A stretch of DNA of 60,831 bases, filler included. It is 4 parts of 4 records of this genome, joined end to end, with 100 filler letters (N's around TTAATTAATTAA, not from the genome) between each part and the next. Parts side by side here need not be neighbours in the genome. Positions count along the whole stretch, not along the records: positions 1 to 14,063 come from DRR723986_2414; 3 more parts are not named here. One strand, written 5' to 3'. Position numbers and translations under genes: made by a program. Below the pieces are notes generated by a model. It saw only the letters and a list, made by a program, of their open reading frames with translations, was not told the origin of the DNA and made no database searches. Each line of letters starts with the position of its first letter. The stretch's first letter is position 1. Shown piece by piece: positions 1 to 10,181 of the stretch.

Positions 1-2
1 AT

Positions 3-572
3 TATATCCACGTGGATATAATGGATGGTGTATTTGTACCCAATATTTCTTTTGGAATTCCTGTGACCGAAGCGATTCAACGTCATGCAAAAAAACCTTT
101 GGATGTGCATTTGATGATTGAAAATCCGGATAATTATTTAGAAGACTTTAGGAAAGCTGGAGCAGAGGTGATTTCTGTTCATTATGAAGCCTGCACACAT
201 TTGCATAGAACTTTGCAGGAGATCCACAGTCTGGGAGCGAAAGCTGGTGTTGCCATCAATCCTCATACGCCGGTAGAACTTTTATCTGATGTGATCCAGG
301 ATATTGACCAAGTCATTGTGATGTCAGTAAATCCAGGGTTTGGAGGTCAGAAGTTTATAGAAAATACTTATTCTAAGGTGGCACGTTTGAAGGATTTAAT
401 TTTGGCTAAGGGAGCTAATACTAAGATAGAAATTGACGGAGGGGTTAATCTGAATAACGCTCCAAAGTTATTAGCGGCAGGTGCTGATATTTTAGTTGCC
501 GGAAGTTTTGTTTTCAACTCTCCTGATCCTGTTCTGACAATCCATCAACTAAAGAGCATTGAGCTGGTTTGA
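3..572 (+). CDS. rpe: Ribulose-phosphate 3-epimerase (5'-truncated by window edge)
   Basis: Frame reads YIHVDIMDGVFVPNISFG; also DVHLMI, MSVNPGFGGQKFI, IEIDGGV and LVAGS motifs of Rpe. Confidence 0.96.
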   Translation, partial: YIHVDIMDGVFVPNISFGIPVTEAIQRHAKKPLDVHLMIENPDNYLEDFRKAGAEVISVHYEACTHLHRTLQEIHSLGAKAGVAINPHTPVELLSDVIQDIDQVIVMSVNPGFGGQKFIENTYSKVARLKDLILAKGANTKIEIDGGVNLNNAPKLLAAGADILVAGSFVFNSPDPVLTIHQLKSIELV

Positions 573-679
573 CTTTGTGAAAAGCCATTTATCATAAAAT
601 ATCTTAAAAAGGCCTCGAAATTCTTGAATTTTTCGCTTTTGAGAGTTTTATTAGACATTATAAGGAAATTAAAATCACA

Positions 680-1195
680 ATGTTTATGAAAAAAGTATTG
701 CTTTTCGGAGCGTTATTCGCGTTCCTAGGGCTTGCTGCTTACGCACAAGATGAGGAGAAAGTCACAGATGAAGACTTGGCTAAATATGCAAATGTAGAGG
801 TGACATTTGACAATTATGTAAATTCAAAAACTGAAGAATTAAAAGCCATGATCTTGGAAAATGAGATTTTTCAAGGTGGAGCAAGATATAATGAAATCAA
901 AGCTGCTTGGGGTGACGAAGCTAAAATGACGGAAGCAAATGTCACAGATGAAGAAAAAGCTGCTTTCGAAGAAGTAAAAGAATTTCAAGGATCGCTGCAG
1001 GGAGTTTTGAAAGAATACAAAACTGGGCTGATAATGGATGAGGAGATTTTGGGAGCTGGTACTTACAATAAAGTATTAGCCGCAACCAAAGAAGATCCTG
1101 CTGTTCAGGAGAAACTTGATACTATGATTGCCGAAATGAAGGCAAAGCAAGAAGCTGAGAAAGAAGATACTGAAGAACCAACTGACGGAAAATAA
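680..1195 (+). CDS. Secreted acidic helical hypothetical protein
   Basis: Sec signal peptide (MKKVLLFGALFAFLGLAAYA|Q), very E/K-rich body, followed by a terminator. Confidence 0.75.
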   Translation: MFMKKVLLFGALFAFLGLAAYAQDEEKVTDEDLAKYANVEVTFDNYVNSKTEELKAMILENEIFQGGARYNEIKAAWGDEAKMTEANVTDEEKAAFEEVKEFQGSLQGVLKEYKTGLIMDEEILGAGTYNKVLAATKEDPAVQEKLDTMIAEMKAKQEAEKEDTEEPTDGK

Positions 1196-1216
1196 GAAAT
1201 TATTTAAGTTAATATG

Positions 1217-1249
1217 AAAATGCCTCCTGATTGGGAGGCATTTTTTTTT
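1217..1249 (+). terminator. Rho-independent terminator
   Basis: AAAATGCCTCC-TGATTG-GGAGGCATTTTTTTTT hairpin plus T-tract just after the 680-1195 stop. Confidence 0.85.
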
Positions 1250-1289
1250 AATTTCACACCAAGAGTCCCGAGCCTTCGTTTAGATTATT

Positions 1290-2312
1290 ATGAATTACAG
1301 ACAGCTTCCTATCACCTTATTCCTATGTTTTATTCTCACTACTGTTTTAGCACAGGAAGAAGATATTTTTGGAATTTCTCAAAAAGCCAAAAATCCTAAA
1401 AGTGAGTCTGGGTTAGGGAATGTGACTAGGAATGTGCTGGAAGCGTTCAGCGTAGAGCTATCAGGAGGTGGTGCTTATCAGCAATTTGGAACAAATTTTT
1501 ATTCAGCCAATACTAATCTTTACCCATTTTCCCGCTTTCAGAATTTCGATGGAGATCCTTTAGCTATTTCTGAAGAAAACCCTCTAGAAATGAAAGGCGG
1601 AGATTGGGTTTTTCCAAATTGGAATGGCGGGTTAAGAATTAACCTATTCAATCTTTTAACAATTGGCGGTGGCTTTGGTCAGGAGTGGGGAAATCTAGCT
1701 CCCATGCAAGGTGGAGACTATCAGTTTGACTTCGAAGGAGCTACCTACCAAGTCAATAAATTATACGGAACTGTAGGGTTGGTCCTATATGATGCAAATA
1801 GAAGACGTGCATTTTTGAATTGGAGATATAGAAATTATTCTTCATCCAATCTTTACATGCAGTCAGAACTTAGACAGAGAGCTAGACAGAATTATCCTTG
1901 GAGGTTTATTTTTGAAGCGGAATTCGGCAAGCTGGATCTTAAGAAGGCTTATGATCCGGCACTAGTTGGTAGCGCTGGTCCATATGTTCCTCGGTTAGCC
2001 GTTTCAGATAAAAATTATTATGGATTAGGTCTCAGGATAGAACGGGACTTCTCCGAGTATACTAAATTATTTGTAAAAGGAGGAGCTGATTTCCGCAAGT
2101 TCACTTATGCAGCATCTGATTTTTCCGAATTCCAAGACCTTGATCAAAAGGTTTATGCAATGCAATTAGGACTTGCTGTTCGTTTTCCAGGAACAAAACG
2201 ATGCAAAATTGCAGGCTGTGGCGTTGTGATGAAGCATATGCACAACGGAATTGAGTACAGAGGAAGTGGTATTTTTAATTTTCAAGACAGGAAAGTAGGA
2301 CAGTGGTATTAA
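1290..2312 (+). CDS. Hypothetical secreted, probably outer-membrane beta-barrel protein with C-terminal Cys/His motif
   Basis: Signal peptide, Gly/aromatic-rich amphipathic strands (YGLGLRIE, MQLGLAVRFP), C-terminal CKIAGC..KHMH. Confidence 0.65.
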   Translation: MNYRQLPITLFLCFILTTVLAQEEDIFGISQKAKNPKSESGLGNVTRNVLEAFSVELSGGGAYQQFGTNFYSANTNLYPFSRFQNFDGDPLAISEENPLEMKGGDWVFPNWNGGLRINLFNLLTIGGGFGQEWGNLAPMQGGDYQFDFEGATYQVNKLYGTVGLVLYDANRRRAFLNWRYRNYSSSNLYMQSELRQRARQNYPWRFIFEAEFGKLDLKKAYDPALVGSAGPYVPRLAVSDKNYYGLGLRIERDFSEYTKLFVKGGADFRKFTYAASDFSEFQDLDQKVYAMQLGLAVRFPGTKRCKIAGCGVVMKHMHNGIEYRGSGIFNFQDRKVGQWY

Positions 2313-2408
2313 AGTCTTGATTATCGTCTTTGTACTTTATAATCTCTTTTCAAATAGAGCAGGTTTTTACTATCTTGCAGGCTTAATCGACCCCGTGAAT
2401 AGCATTAT

Positions 2409-4982
2409 ATGGCTCAAGGAGAAAACGAGAACATCATACCCATTAACATTGAAGAGGAAATGCGTGGTGCCTACATCGATTATTCGATGTCGGTTATTGT
2501 TTCAAGAGCGCTTCCAGATGTCCGAGATGGACTAAAACCAGTACACCGCAGAATCCTTTTTGGAATGCAGGAACTGGGAGTATTACATAACAAACCTTAT
2601 AAGAAGTCAGCCAGAATAGTCGGTGAGGTGCTTGGTAAGTATCACCCTCATGGTGATTCAGCCGTGTACGAAACGATGGTTCGTATGGCCCAGCCTTGGT
2701 CTCTGAGGTATCCAATGGTGGATGGTCAAGGTAACTTTGGCTCAGTGGATGGAGATAATCCTGCGGCTATGCGTTATACCGAGGCCAGACTTAAGCGTAT
2801 AGCTGAGGAGCTTTTGGTGGATATCAATAAAGAGACAGTAGATTTTCAATTCAACTTTGATGACTCCCTCAAGGAGCCAATTGTTTTGCCTGCAAAAGTT
2901 CCAGCACTTTTATTGAATGGAGCTTCCGGTATTGCAGTAGGTATGGCTACGAACATGGCCCCTCACAACCTAGGTGAAGTAATTGACGGCATTGTAGCAT
3001 ACATTGACAATAATGATATCACTATATCTGAGTTGATGGAGCATATCATTGCTCCTGATTTCCCTACTGGTGGTATTATATATGGTTACAATGGAGTAAA
3101 AGCTGCATTCGAGACCGGTAGAGGGAGAGTGGTGATGCGTGGTAAGGCGAATGTGGAAGTCAAAGATGGTGGAAATAAGGAGATGATTATCATCACCGAA
3201 ATTCCATACATGGTGAATAAGGCAAGCATGGTAGAAAAAACTGCTGCGCTCATCAATGAAAAGAAAATCGATGGAATATCTGCCATTCGTGACGAGTCAG
3301 ATCGCTCTGGAATGCGCATTGTTTACGAATTAAAGCGTGATGCTATTTCCAGTGTTGTTCTTAATAATTTATACAAGCATACACAGCTACAGACTTCATT
3401 CTCAGTGAATAATGTTGCCTTGGTAAAAGGTAGACCGCATACACTGAATCTGAAAGATATGATCGTACATTATGTCAATCACCGACATGAGGTAGTGATT
3501 CGTAGAACAGAGTATGAACTTAGAGAAGCTGAGAAAAGAGCTCATATTCTCCAGGGATATTTGATCGCGTTGGATCACTTGGATGAGGTGATTGCTTTGA
3601 TTAGAAATTCTGCCGATCCTGAGACAGCAAGAAATGGCTTGATCGAAAGATTCGAATTGAGTGAGATTCAGGCAAGAGCTATTCTCGATATGAGATTGCA
3701 GCGATTGACTGGAATGGAGCGTGAGAAGATCATCAATGAGTACAACGAGATCATGGCATTGATCGAGGAACTCAAAGAAATTCTTGCGAATGAAGACAAG
3801 AGAATGGAAATCATCAAAGAAGAGCTTTCAGAAATGAAAACCCGCTATGCTGATGATAGAAGAACTGAAATCGAGCATAATGCTGAAGATTTCAGTTATG
3901 AAGATATGATTCCAAATGAGGAAGTGATTATCACGGTGTCTCATGAAGGATATGTGAAGCGTACTGCGCTTACAGAATACAGAACTCAAGGACGGGGAGG
4001 AGTAGGATCACGTGGTGTAAGTACCAAACAGGATGATTTTACAGAATACTTATTTACAGCATCCACGCATAATTACTTGTTGATCTTTACTGACAAAGGA
4101 AAATTATTCTGGTTGAAAACCTATGCTATCCCTGAAGGATCTAAAACTTCCAAAGGAAGACCAATTCAGAACCTGATCAGCATTGAGCAAGATGATAAGA
4201 TTCGTTCCATTATTCAGGTGGCGGATTTGAATGATCAGGATTACTTGAACAATCACTTCTTAGTTATGGTCACTAAGCAAGGAGTAATTAAGAAGACTAC
4301 CTTGGAGCAATACAGTCGACCTAGAACAAATGGTATCATTGCTTTAAATATTCGTGAGGATGACCAATTGGTAAATGTAGAAATGACCAATGGCAGCCAG
4401 CATATCGTGATTGCAGCAAAATCAGGAAGAGCTATTCACTTCAACGAAGAAGCAGTAAGGCCAATGGGTCGAACAGCTACTGGTGTTAGAGCGATCAGGT
4501 TAAATGATGATAATGACTATGTGATTGGCATGGTATGTGCATCTGAAGAAAATGCCACCCTGCTCGTAGTGTCTGAAAAGGGATACGGAAAACGCTCCAG
4601 TCTAGACGAATATAGAATCACCAATCGTGGAGGCAAAGGAGTGAAGGCAATGAATGTAACCGAGAAAACCGGAGCACTAGTTGCAATCAAAGAAGTAGTA
4701 GAAACAGATGATTTGATGATTATCAATAAGTCTGGGATCACAATCAGAATTTCTGTCGATGGTCTTCGCGTCATGGGAAGAGCTACTCAAGGAGTTCGAT
4801 TGATTAAAATAGGGGAGAATGACGAAATCTCTTCTATTGAAAAAATATCAAAAGAAGAGGATGTAGAAGTTTTAGAAGGCACATTAGAAGTAACAGACGA
4901 GAACGCTGATACCACTAGTGAAGAACCTAAAGCTGATGATTCTGAAAACTCTTCCGATGAATCAAATGAAATAAACGAATAA
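2409..4982 (+). CDS. gyrA: DNA gyrase subunit A
   Basis: [32 protein letters not shown] active-site Tyr, GyrA-box QGRGGVG, C-terminal beta-pinwheel repeats, acidic tail. Confidence 0.98.
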   Translation: MAQGENENIIPINIEEEMRGAYIDYSMSVIVSRALPDVRDGLKPVHRRILFGMQELGVLHNKPYKKSARIVGEVLGKYHPHGDSAVYETMVRMAQPWSLRYPMVDGQGNFGSVDGDNPAAMRYTEARLKRIAEELLVDINKETVDFQFNFDDSLKEPIVLPAKVPALLLNGASGIAVGMATNMAPHNLGEVIDGIVAYIDNNDITISELMEHIIAPDFPTGGIIYGYNGVKAAFETGRGRVVMRGKANVEVKDGGNKEMIIITEIPYMVNKASMVEKTAALINEKKIDGISAIRDESDRSGMRIVYELKRDAISSVVLNNLYKHTQLQTSFSVNNVALVKGRPHTLNLKDMIVHYVNHRHEVVIRRTEYELREAEKRAHILQGYLIALDHLDEVIALIRNSADPETARNGLIERFELSEIQARAILDMRLQRLTGMEREKIINEYNEIMALIEELKEILANEDKRMEIIKEELSEMKTRYADDRRTEIEHNAEDFSYEDMIPNEEVIITVSHEGYVKRTALTEYRTQGRGGVGSRGVSTKQDDFTEYLFTASTHNYLLIFTDKGKLFWLKTYAIPEGSKTSKGRPIQNLISIEQDDKIRSIIQVADLNDQDYLNNHFLVMVTKQGVIKKTTLEQYSRPRTNGIIALNIREDDQLVNVEMTNGSQHIVIAAKSGRAIHFNEEAVRPMGRTATGVRAIRLNDDNDYVIGMVCASEENATLLVVSEKGYGKRSSLDEYRITNRGGKGVKAMNVTEKTGALVAIKEVVETDDLMIINKSGITIRISVDGLRVMGRATQGVRLIKIGENDEISSIEKISKEEDVEVLEGTLEVTDENADTTSEEPKADDSENSSDESNEINE

Positions 4983-5009
4983 CCAACCAAACAAGAAAAA
5001 TACGCTAAA

Positions 5010-6221
5010 ATGAAGAAGCTAATTCTATCAATGGCCTTGATCGGTGCAACGACCCTGGCTTTTGGACAAAAAAAAGTCGTTCGTTCTGCAGAGAAGAACT
5101 TTAAATCCGGAGATCTCGCTGCTGCAATGACCGACATAGAAGCTGCAAGCTCTGATCCAGAAACGGGAGGCGATCCTGCGACTTACCTTTTAAAGGCACA
5201 GATTGAAACCAAAATGTTTGGTTCTGATTCCAGTAATACTGCTTCTACTGTAGAAACTGGACATACTGCTTTGTCAACTTATTTCAAAGCATTTGAAATG
5301 GCAGGAAGTGACAAAGAAAATGGTGTAGGCGAAGAAGTTTATGCAGATGATATGCCAGGTGTTCCTGACAACCTAAGACCATATTCTATCTATACGCTCA
5401 AAAACATTGCTTTTGACAAGGCATTAGAGAGATATAACGATGGTGATGAGGAGATGGCTTATGAGTTCTTTGATCTAGCAGGTGAAGTAGATCTTTCGGA
5501 TACTACTATTCATTATAACGCTGGTTTTATTGCTAATGAACTCGGTAAATATGAGGAAGCAAAGAAGCATTTCGAATATTTGCTAGATGTAGAAGAATAT
5601 AATAAGCTGACTGTTTATTATTTAATGGTTCAAATTCTCACAGGTGAAGATAAAAACCCGGAGGCTGCTTATGATTTGATAATGGCTGCTAAAGAGGATT
5701 ATCCTGAAGATAAAATCCTGGCTGAGTACGAGATCCAATTGCTACTTCAATTGAATAAAATGGACGAAGCAATGGCTTCCATTCAAGACGCATTGAAAAA
5801 TGACCCAAATAACGCAGGTATTCTTTTGAGATCAGGATACTTGAAGGAACAAGCTGGCGATATGGATGGTGCTCTTGAGGATTACAAAAAGTCAGTAGTG
5901 GCAGATCCTGAATTCTATGATGGAAACTATTATGCAGGTGCTCTTTTGCTAGAAAAATCTAGAGAAATCGTTGTAGAATTAGGAGCTCTTTCAGACGAAG
6001 AGTGGGAGGCTAGATCGGAGTCTATGAATAAAGAATCTAATGGTTACTACGCAGAATCAATCCCATATTTTGAAAAAGCGCTAGAAATTAGACCTGATAA
6101 TACTGATATCATGGCCATTCTTTATCAAGTTAACCTTCGATTGAAGAATGAAGCTGAAATGGAAAAATATAATAAAATGTTGATCGAATTGAAAGGTCCG
6201 AATTGGCAAGATAACATGTAA
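5010..6221 (+). CDS. Secreted tetratricopeptide-repeat protein
   Basis: Signal peptide; repeated TPR-like helices (YNAGFIANELGKYEEAKKHFE, YFEKALEIRPDN); directly follows gyrA as is common in Bacteroidota. Confidence 0.85.
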   Translation: MKKLILSMALIGATTLAFGQKKVVRSAEKNFKSGDLAAAMTDIEAASSDPETGGDPATYLLKAQIETKMFGSDSSNTASTVETGHTALSTYFKAFEMAGSDKENGVGEEVYADDMPGVPDNLRPYSIYTLKNIAFDKALERYNDGDEEMAYEFFDLAGEVDLSDTTIHYNAGFIANELGKYEEAKKHFEYLLDVEEYNKLTVYYLMVQILTGEDKNPEAAYDLIMAAKEDYPEDKILAEYEIQLLLQLNKMDEAMASIQDALKNDPNNAGILLRSGYLKEQAGDMDGALEDYKKSVVADPEFYDGNYYAGALLLEKSREIVVELGALSDEEWEARSESMNKESNGYYAESIPYFEKALEIRPDNTDIMAILYQVNLRLKNEAEMEKYNKMLIELKGPNWQDNM

Positions 6222-6244
6222 TTCTTGTCTTAATACTTGAATTG

Positions 6245-6277
6245 AAGCCTCTGAATCACTATTCAGAGGCTTTTTTT
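6245..6277 (+). terminator. Rho-independent terminator
   Basis: AAGCCTCTGAA-TCACTA-TTCAGAGGCTTTTTTT. Confidence 0.85.
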
Positions 6278-6373
6278 GTTTTAGTCATGGGGGCCATAGC
6301 TGCTAGAATTGTTCGGTGATTTACTATCGGAACCTAGATTCAAAATAGATAGCCGAGTTTTTTGCATTATCTA

Positions 6374-6381
6374 TATCTTTG
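6374..6381 (+). promoter_or_regulatory. Bacteroidota primary-sigma -7 element
   Basis: TATCTTTG matches TAnnTTTG, about 24 bp upstream of the 6405 start. Confidence 0.5.
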
Positions 6382-6404
6382 CCCTCTGAAAATTTAAAGT
6401 ATCT

Positions 6405-7535
6405 ATGCGATTGCAAGGAGTACAAATATTGGTTTGTTTATTTTTTGGGTTATTTAGTTTTCAAACAAATGGTCAATCCAAAAAGGTTATCGAATTTTCT
6501 TATGATCAAGGGCCTATCATCGGCAACAATAAAGATTGGGCTAATGAATTAATAGATAGGATTGATTACAAAGGTTTTGATGTACGTTTTGGATGGAGAA
6601 GCAGCGAAAATAATCACTACAATTACATCAACCGATTTCCTAGCTATGGAGTAGGTTTCACATCTGCCATTAATTATTACACTGAAATAGGAAGGCCAAT
6701 GGGCATTTATGCTTTTGGGGAGGTTCCATTCGGTAAGCTCAATTTTGATAGAAAACTGAATTTTAGCTATTTCGCGCAAATTGGTTTAGGTTTCAATATG
6801 AATCCTTATGATGCAGAAACTAATCCCATAAACGGATTCGTAGGATCTGCGGTAAATGTTCACATTCATTTCGGATTTAAAGCTTCTTACCAGATTTCTA
6901 ATAGATTTGATGTTTTTACTTCAATAGGTGCCAAGCATTATTCAAATGGATCTATTAAAAAGCCTAATTCTGGAATCAATTTTATTCCTATTTCAGTCGG
7001 AATTAGAGTTCCTCTGGATAAAGAAGAATTTCACCCTGGTCCTAGACCAGAATTTCCTCCTTTAGAAAAAAGGTTTTTCTGGAATATTGCAGCTTATACC
7101 GGTTTGAAAAGCTATGCTATTGGAGAGCGAGCTTATTTCAGAGGAGGATTAGGAGTAAATTACCTTTGGGAACTCTCATATAAATACCGGATGGGTTTAG
7201 GTTTAGATTGGTTTTATGGTGGAGGCGCAAATTTTCGATATCCTGGAGAAAGCATTACTTTTTCAGAGGTCAACTCCTTTGCAGTTGTTGGCTCTTGGGA
7301 ATGGAAATTGACAGAGAAACTATATATGCCTATTGCCTTTGGAGTGTACCTGAGTAAGGCTGATTTGAATGAAGAAACAGCTAATTTCTATGAGAGAATA
7401 GGTGTGCGCTATAGAATGAATCACAATCTATTTGCAGGGGTACAAATTAAGGCTCATAAAGCAAAGGCAGATTTTTTTGAATTTACTTTTGGCTACACAA
7501 TTCCTGGAAAAGTGAGGAAGATAATCATCCCTTAA
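6405..7535 (+). CDS. Acyloxyacyl hydrolase / PagL-like outer-membrane lipid A deacylase family protein
   Basis: Signal peptide, beta-strand pattern, KHYSNG..KPNSGIN motif resembling the PagL catalytic His-Ser region. Confidence 0.75.
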   Translation: MRLQGVQILVCLFFGLFSFQTNGQSKKVIEFSYDQGPIIGNNKDWANELIDRIDYKGFDVRFGWRSSENNHYNYINRFPSYGVGFTSAINYYTEIGRPMGIYAFGEVPFGKLNFDRKLNFSYFAQIGLGFNMNPYDAETNPINGFVGSAVNVHIHFGFKASYQISNRFDVFTSIGAKHYSNGSIKKPNSGINFIPISVGIRVPLDKEEFHPGPRPEFPPLEKRFFWNIAAYTGLKSYAIGERAYFRGGLGVNYLWELSYKYRMGLGLDWFYGGGANFRYPGESITFSEVNSFAVVGSWEWKLTEKLYMPIAFGVYLSKADLNEETANFYERIGVRYRMNHNLFAGVQIKAHKAKADFFEFTFGYTIPGKVRKIIIP

Positions 7536-7617
7536 GCACTTCTTTTTCCTTTAATCAAAAAATATTTTTATTTCCATCAGGCTTATTCTAGCTTGTAGGG
7601 ATAAAGAATGCCCTTTT

Positions 7618-10074
7618 ATGACCAAGCCAGTAGTGTTCAGTAGTTTAGCATTTATTTCCTTGTTGCTAAACAGTTTGATCTGTATTTCTCAATCAGTTCC
7701 TTCATCAGAAATTTATCATCAGCTGCTTCAGCTCAAAGAAACCAAAAGGGTATTGTATGTAGCGGCACATCCGGATGATGAAAATACCCAATTGATATCT
7801 ACCCTTCGGAATGGCGAGCATGTGGAAGTTGCATACTTAAGTTTGACACGTGGAGATGGAGGGCAGAATTTGCTTGGGAAAGAACTGGGAATTGAACTCG
7901 GGCAAATCAGAACCCAAGAATTGCTCCGTGCCAGAGAGACCGATGGGGGAAGGCAGTTTTTTACCAGGGCAATGGATTTTGGGTATTCAAAAAACCCAGA
8001 TGAGACTCTTCAAAATTGGGATAAACAGAAGGTGTTGTCCGATGTGGTTTGGGTAGTAAGAAGTTTCAGGCCAGATATTATCATCACTAGATTCAATACA
8101 ATTCCTGGAGGGAATCATGGTCATCACACCACTTCGGCTATTTTGGCTGAAGAAGCATTTGATTTGGCTGCGGATCCTACTGCGTTTTCAGAGCAATTGA
8201 AGTTCGTGGAGACCTGGCAGCCTAGGAGGATATTTTGGAATTCATATAATTTTGGAGGAGAGTTTGAAGCCAATCCAAAAGAAAAGTATGCAGTTTTTCA
8301 GGTGGGGGATTACAATAGCCTGCTGGGAAAAACATACAGTCAAATTGCTGCCGATAGTCGCACCATGCATAAATCACAAGGCTTTGGTGCCACGGCTAGA
8401 ATAGGAGCGGCAGAAGATAATCTCCAGTTTATTAAAGGAGAATCCTTTAAAACTTCTGCTTTTGAAGGGATTCCAAATCGATGGGAAGAAGTAGAAGGTG
8501 GAAAAAATATCGAATCTTTGATCCAAAGAGTAATTGATGATTTCAATTTCATCGCGCCAGTTTCAAACTTGAATTCGCTGTTAGACGTTCGGGCTAAACT
8601 ATTGGCACTAGGTTCCAAAACACCTTGGCTTCTAGAGAAAGCTGAGAAACTGGATCAGCTGATTTTTGAAATATTGGGGTTAAAAATGGAATTTGTAACA
8701 AATCAAGAGCTCGGATATGCTGGTGAAGCGATCAAAGCTAGTCTGGTTTTCAACAATCCTTCTTCAGTCCTGATAAATGATATTTCTTTACAGTTATTAA
8801 GTACTTACTATTCTGACGATAAAAGGACTACGTTGAATAACGAAACTCTCCAAATTCCAATTGAGTTTGAAATACCAGAAAACACACCGCTTTCACAGCC
8901 TTATTGGTTGGTGAACCCAGTAGTAGATGCAATCTATGATGTGAAAGATCAACAGATGATCGGAAAGCCCTTCAATGATATGAAGGTAGGAGGTGACTTA
9001 ACTTTCAAAATCGAGGGACAGGAATTCAAAACGGCGATTCCTTTGGAATACAAATACAATGATCAGGTTGATGGTGAAGTAAAACAACCTTTTACAATAG
9101 TTCCGGAGATTGACCTGGAGGTGTCCGATCAAAATGTATTTCTTATCTCAGACCTTAATCCTCTTGTAACAGTGACGGTCAATTTCAATGGAGAAATGAA
9201 AGAGGGAAATCTCACATTTAAAAACCTGCAGAATTATGAATTCGAAATAGTAGGAGTAGAGGAGAAGTTAAGCCAAAAGAAAAAGCTTTTCCAAGTCTCT
9301 TTCAAATTGGATAAAAATGAAAAGAGAGAAGTTGTAGCTCAATACGAAACTGCTGAAGGGGGCACTTTTGACCAGGTAACCCACCGGATTTCCTATAAGC
9401 ATATTCCTAATTTGACCTATTTCTCTTCTGCTTCAATGAATTTGATACAGGAAGACTGGAAAATTTCTGGCGCAAAAATCGGATACATTATGGGGGCCGG
9501 AGATGATGTTCCTGCGGTTCTTTCTTCTTTAGGCTACCAGGTTACGGAAATCAATGACTATTCTCTAGCTAACCTATCACAATATAAAAGCATTGTGGTC
9601 GGTATCAGGGCATACAATACCAATGCCGAACTAGCGGCCAATCAGGCAAACCTAATGGCCTATGTGAACAATGGAGGGACTGTAGTCGTGCAATACAATG
9701 TGAGTAGACCCCTTCTTATTGAGAATCTCGGCCCTTACCCTTTTTCAATCAGCAGAGATCGGGTGACAGTAGAGAATTCCCCATTCGAAGCGGATTGGGA
9801 TCATCCGATTTTAGTTGGTCCTAACAAAATCACAGTTGCTGATTTTGACGATTGGATTCAGGAAAGAGGATTGTACTTTGAAGCGAATATTGCTCCTGAA
9901 TATTCTACCCCACTGTCATTCCAAGATCCAGGAGAAGATCCGTTGAAGGGCTCGCTGATCTATGCGAAATATGGAGATGGGATATATATTTATACCGGAA
10001 TTTCTTTCTTCAGAGAGTTGCCTGCAGGAGTCCCAGGTGCCATTAAATTATTTATAAACTTGATCGAGCAATAG
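7618..10074 (+). CDS. PIG-L/LmbE family deacetylase, long secreted form with C-terminal class I glutamine-amidotransferase-like domain
   Basis: AAHPDDE and HGHH metal motifs, LTRGDGGQN; C-terminal IGYIMGAGDDV..VGIRAY..GGTVVVQY. Confidence 0.88.
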   Translation: MTKPVVFSSLAFISLLLNSLICISQSVPSSEIYHQLLQLKETKRVLYVAAHPDDENTQLISTLRNGEHVEVAYLSLTRGDGGQNLLGKELGIELGQIRTQELLRARETDGGRQFFTRAMDFGYSKNPDETLQNWDKQKVLSDVVWVVRSFRPDIIITRFNTIPGGNHGHHTTSAILAEEAFDLAADPTAFSEQLKFVETWQPRRIFWNSYNFGGEFEANPKEKYAVFQVGDYNSLLGKTYSQIAADSRTMHKSQGFGATARIGAAEDNLQFIKGESFKTSAFEGIPNRWEEVEGGKNIESLIQRVIDDFNFIAPVSNLNSLLDVRAKLLALGSKTPWLLEKAEKLDQLIFEILGLKMEFVTNQELGYAGEAIKASLVFNNPSSVLINDISLQLLSTYYSDDKRTTLNNETLQIPIEFEIPENTPLSQPYWLVNPVVDAIYDVKDQQMIGKPFNDMKVGGDLTFKIEGQEFKTAIPLEYKYNDQVDGEVKQPFTIVPEIDLEVSDQNVFLISDLNPLVTVTVNFNGEMKEGNLTFKNLQNYEFEIVGVEEKLSQKKKLFQVSFKLDKNEKREVVAQYETAEGGTFDQVTHRISYKHIPNLTYFSSASMNLIQEDWKISGAKIGYIMGAGDDVPAVLSSLGYQVTEINDYSLANLSQYKSIVVGIRAYNTNAELAANQANLMAYVNNGGTVVVQYNVSRPLLIENLGPYPFSISRDRVTVENSPFEADWDHPILVGPNKITVADFDDWIQERGLYFEANIAPEYSTPLSFQDPGEDPLKGSLIYAKYGDGIYIYTGISFFRELPAGVPGAIKLFINLIEQ

Positions 10075-10076
10075 TT

Positions 10077-10181
10077 TTGGAGGAAAAACAGATACGTTGG
10101 AAGTACCTATATGCAGGATTAATGGCTTGCCTTCTTTTGTTGATGGTGTTATTTAATTGGCTTAAAGTCACCTACGCATGA
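10077..10181 (+). CDS. Unannotated 34-aa single-TM peptide, putative symporter small accessory subunit
   Basis: TTG start 2 nt after the LmbE stop; MEEKQIRWKYLYAGLMACLLLLMVLFNWLKVTYA; its TGA overlaps the SSS ATG (ATGA). Confidence 0.7.
   Translation: MEEKQIRWKYLYAGLMACLLLLMVLFNWLKVTYA

Noticed and set aside
2409..4982. Intein in gyrA, or ParC identity
   Set aside because: Length is normal, the sequence around the catalytic Tyr is uninterrupted, and a GyrA-box is present.
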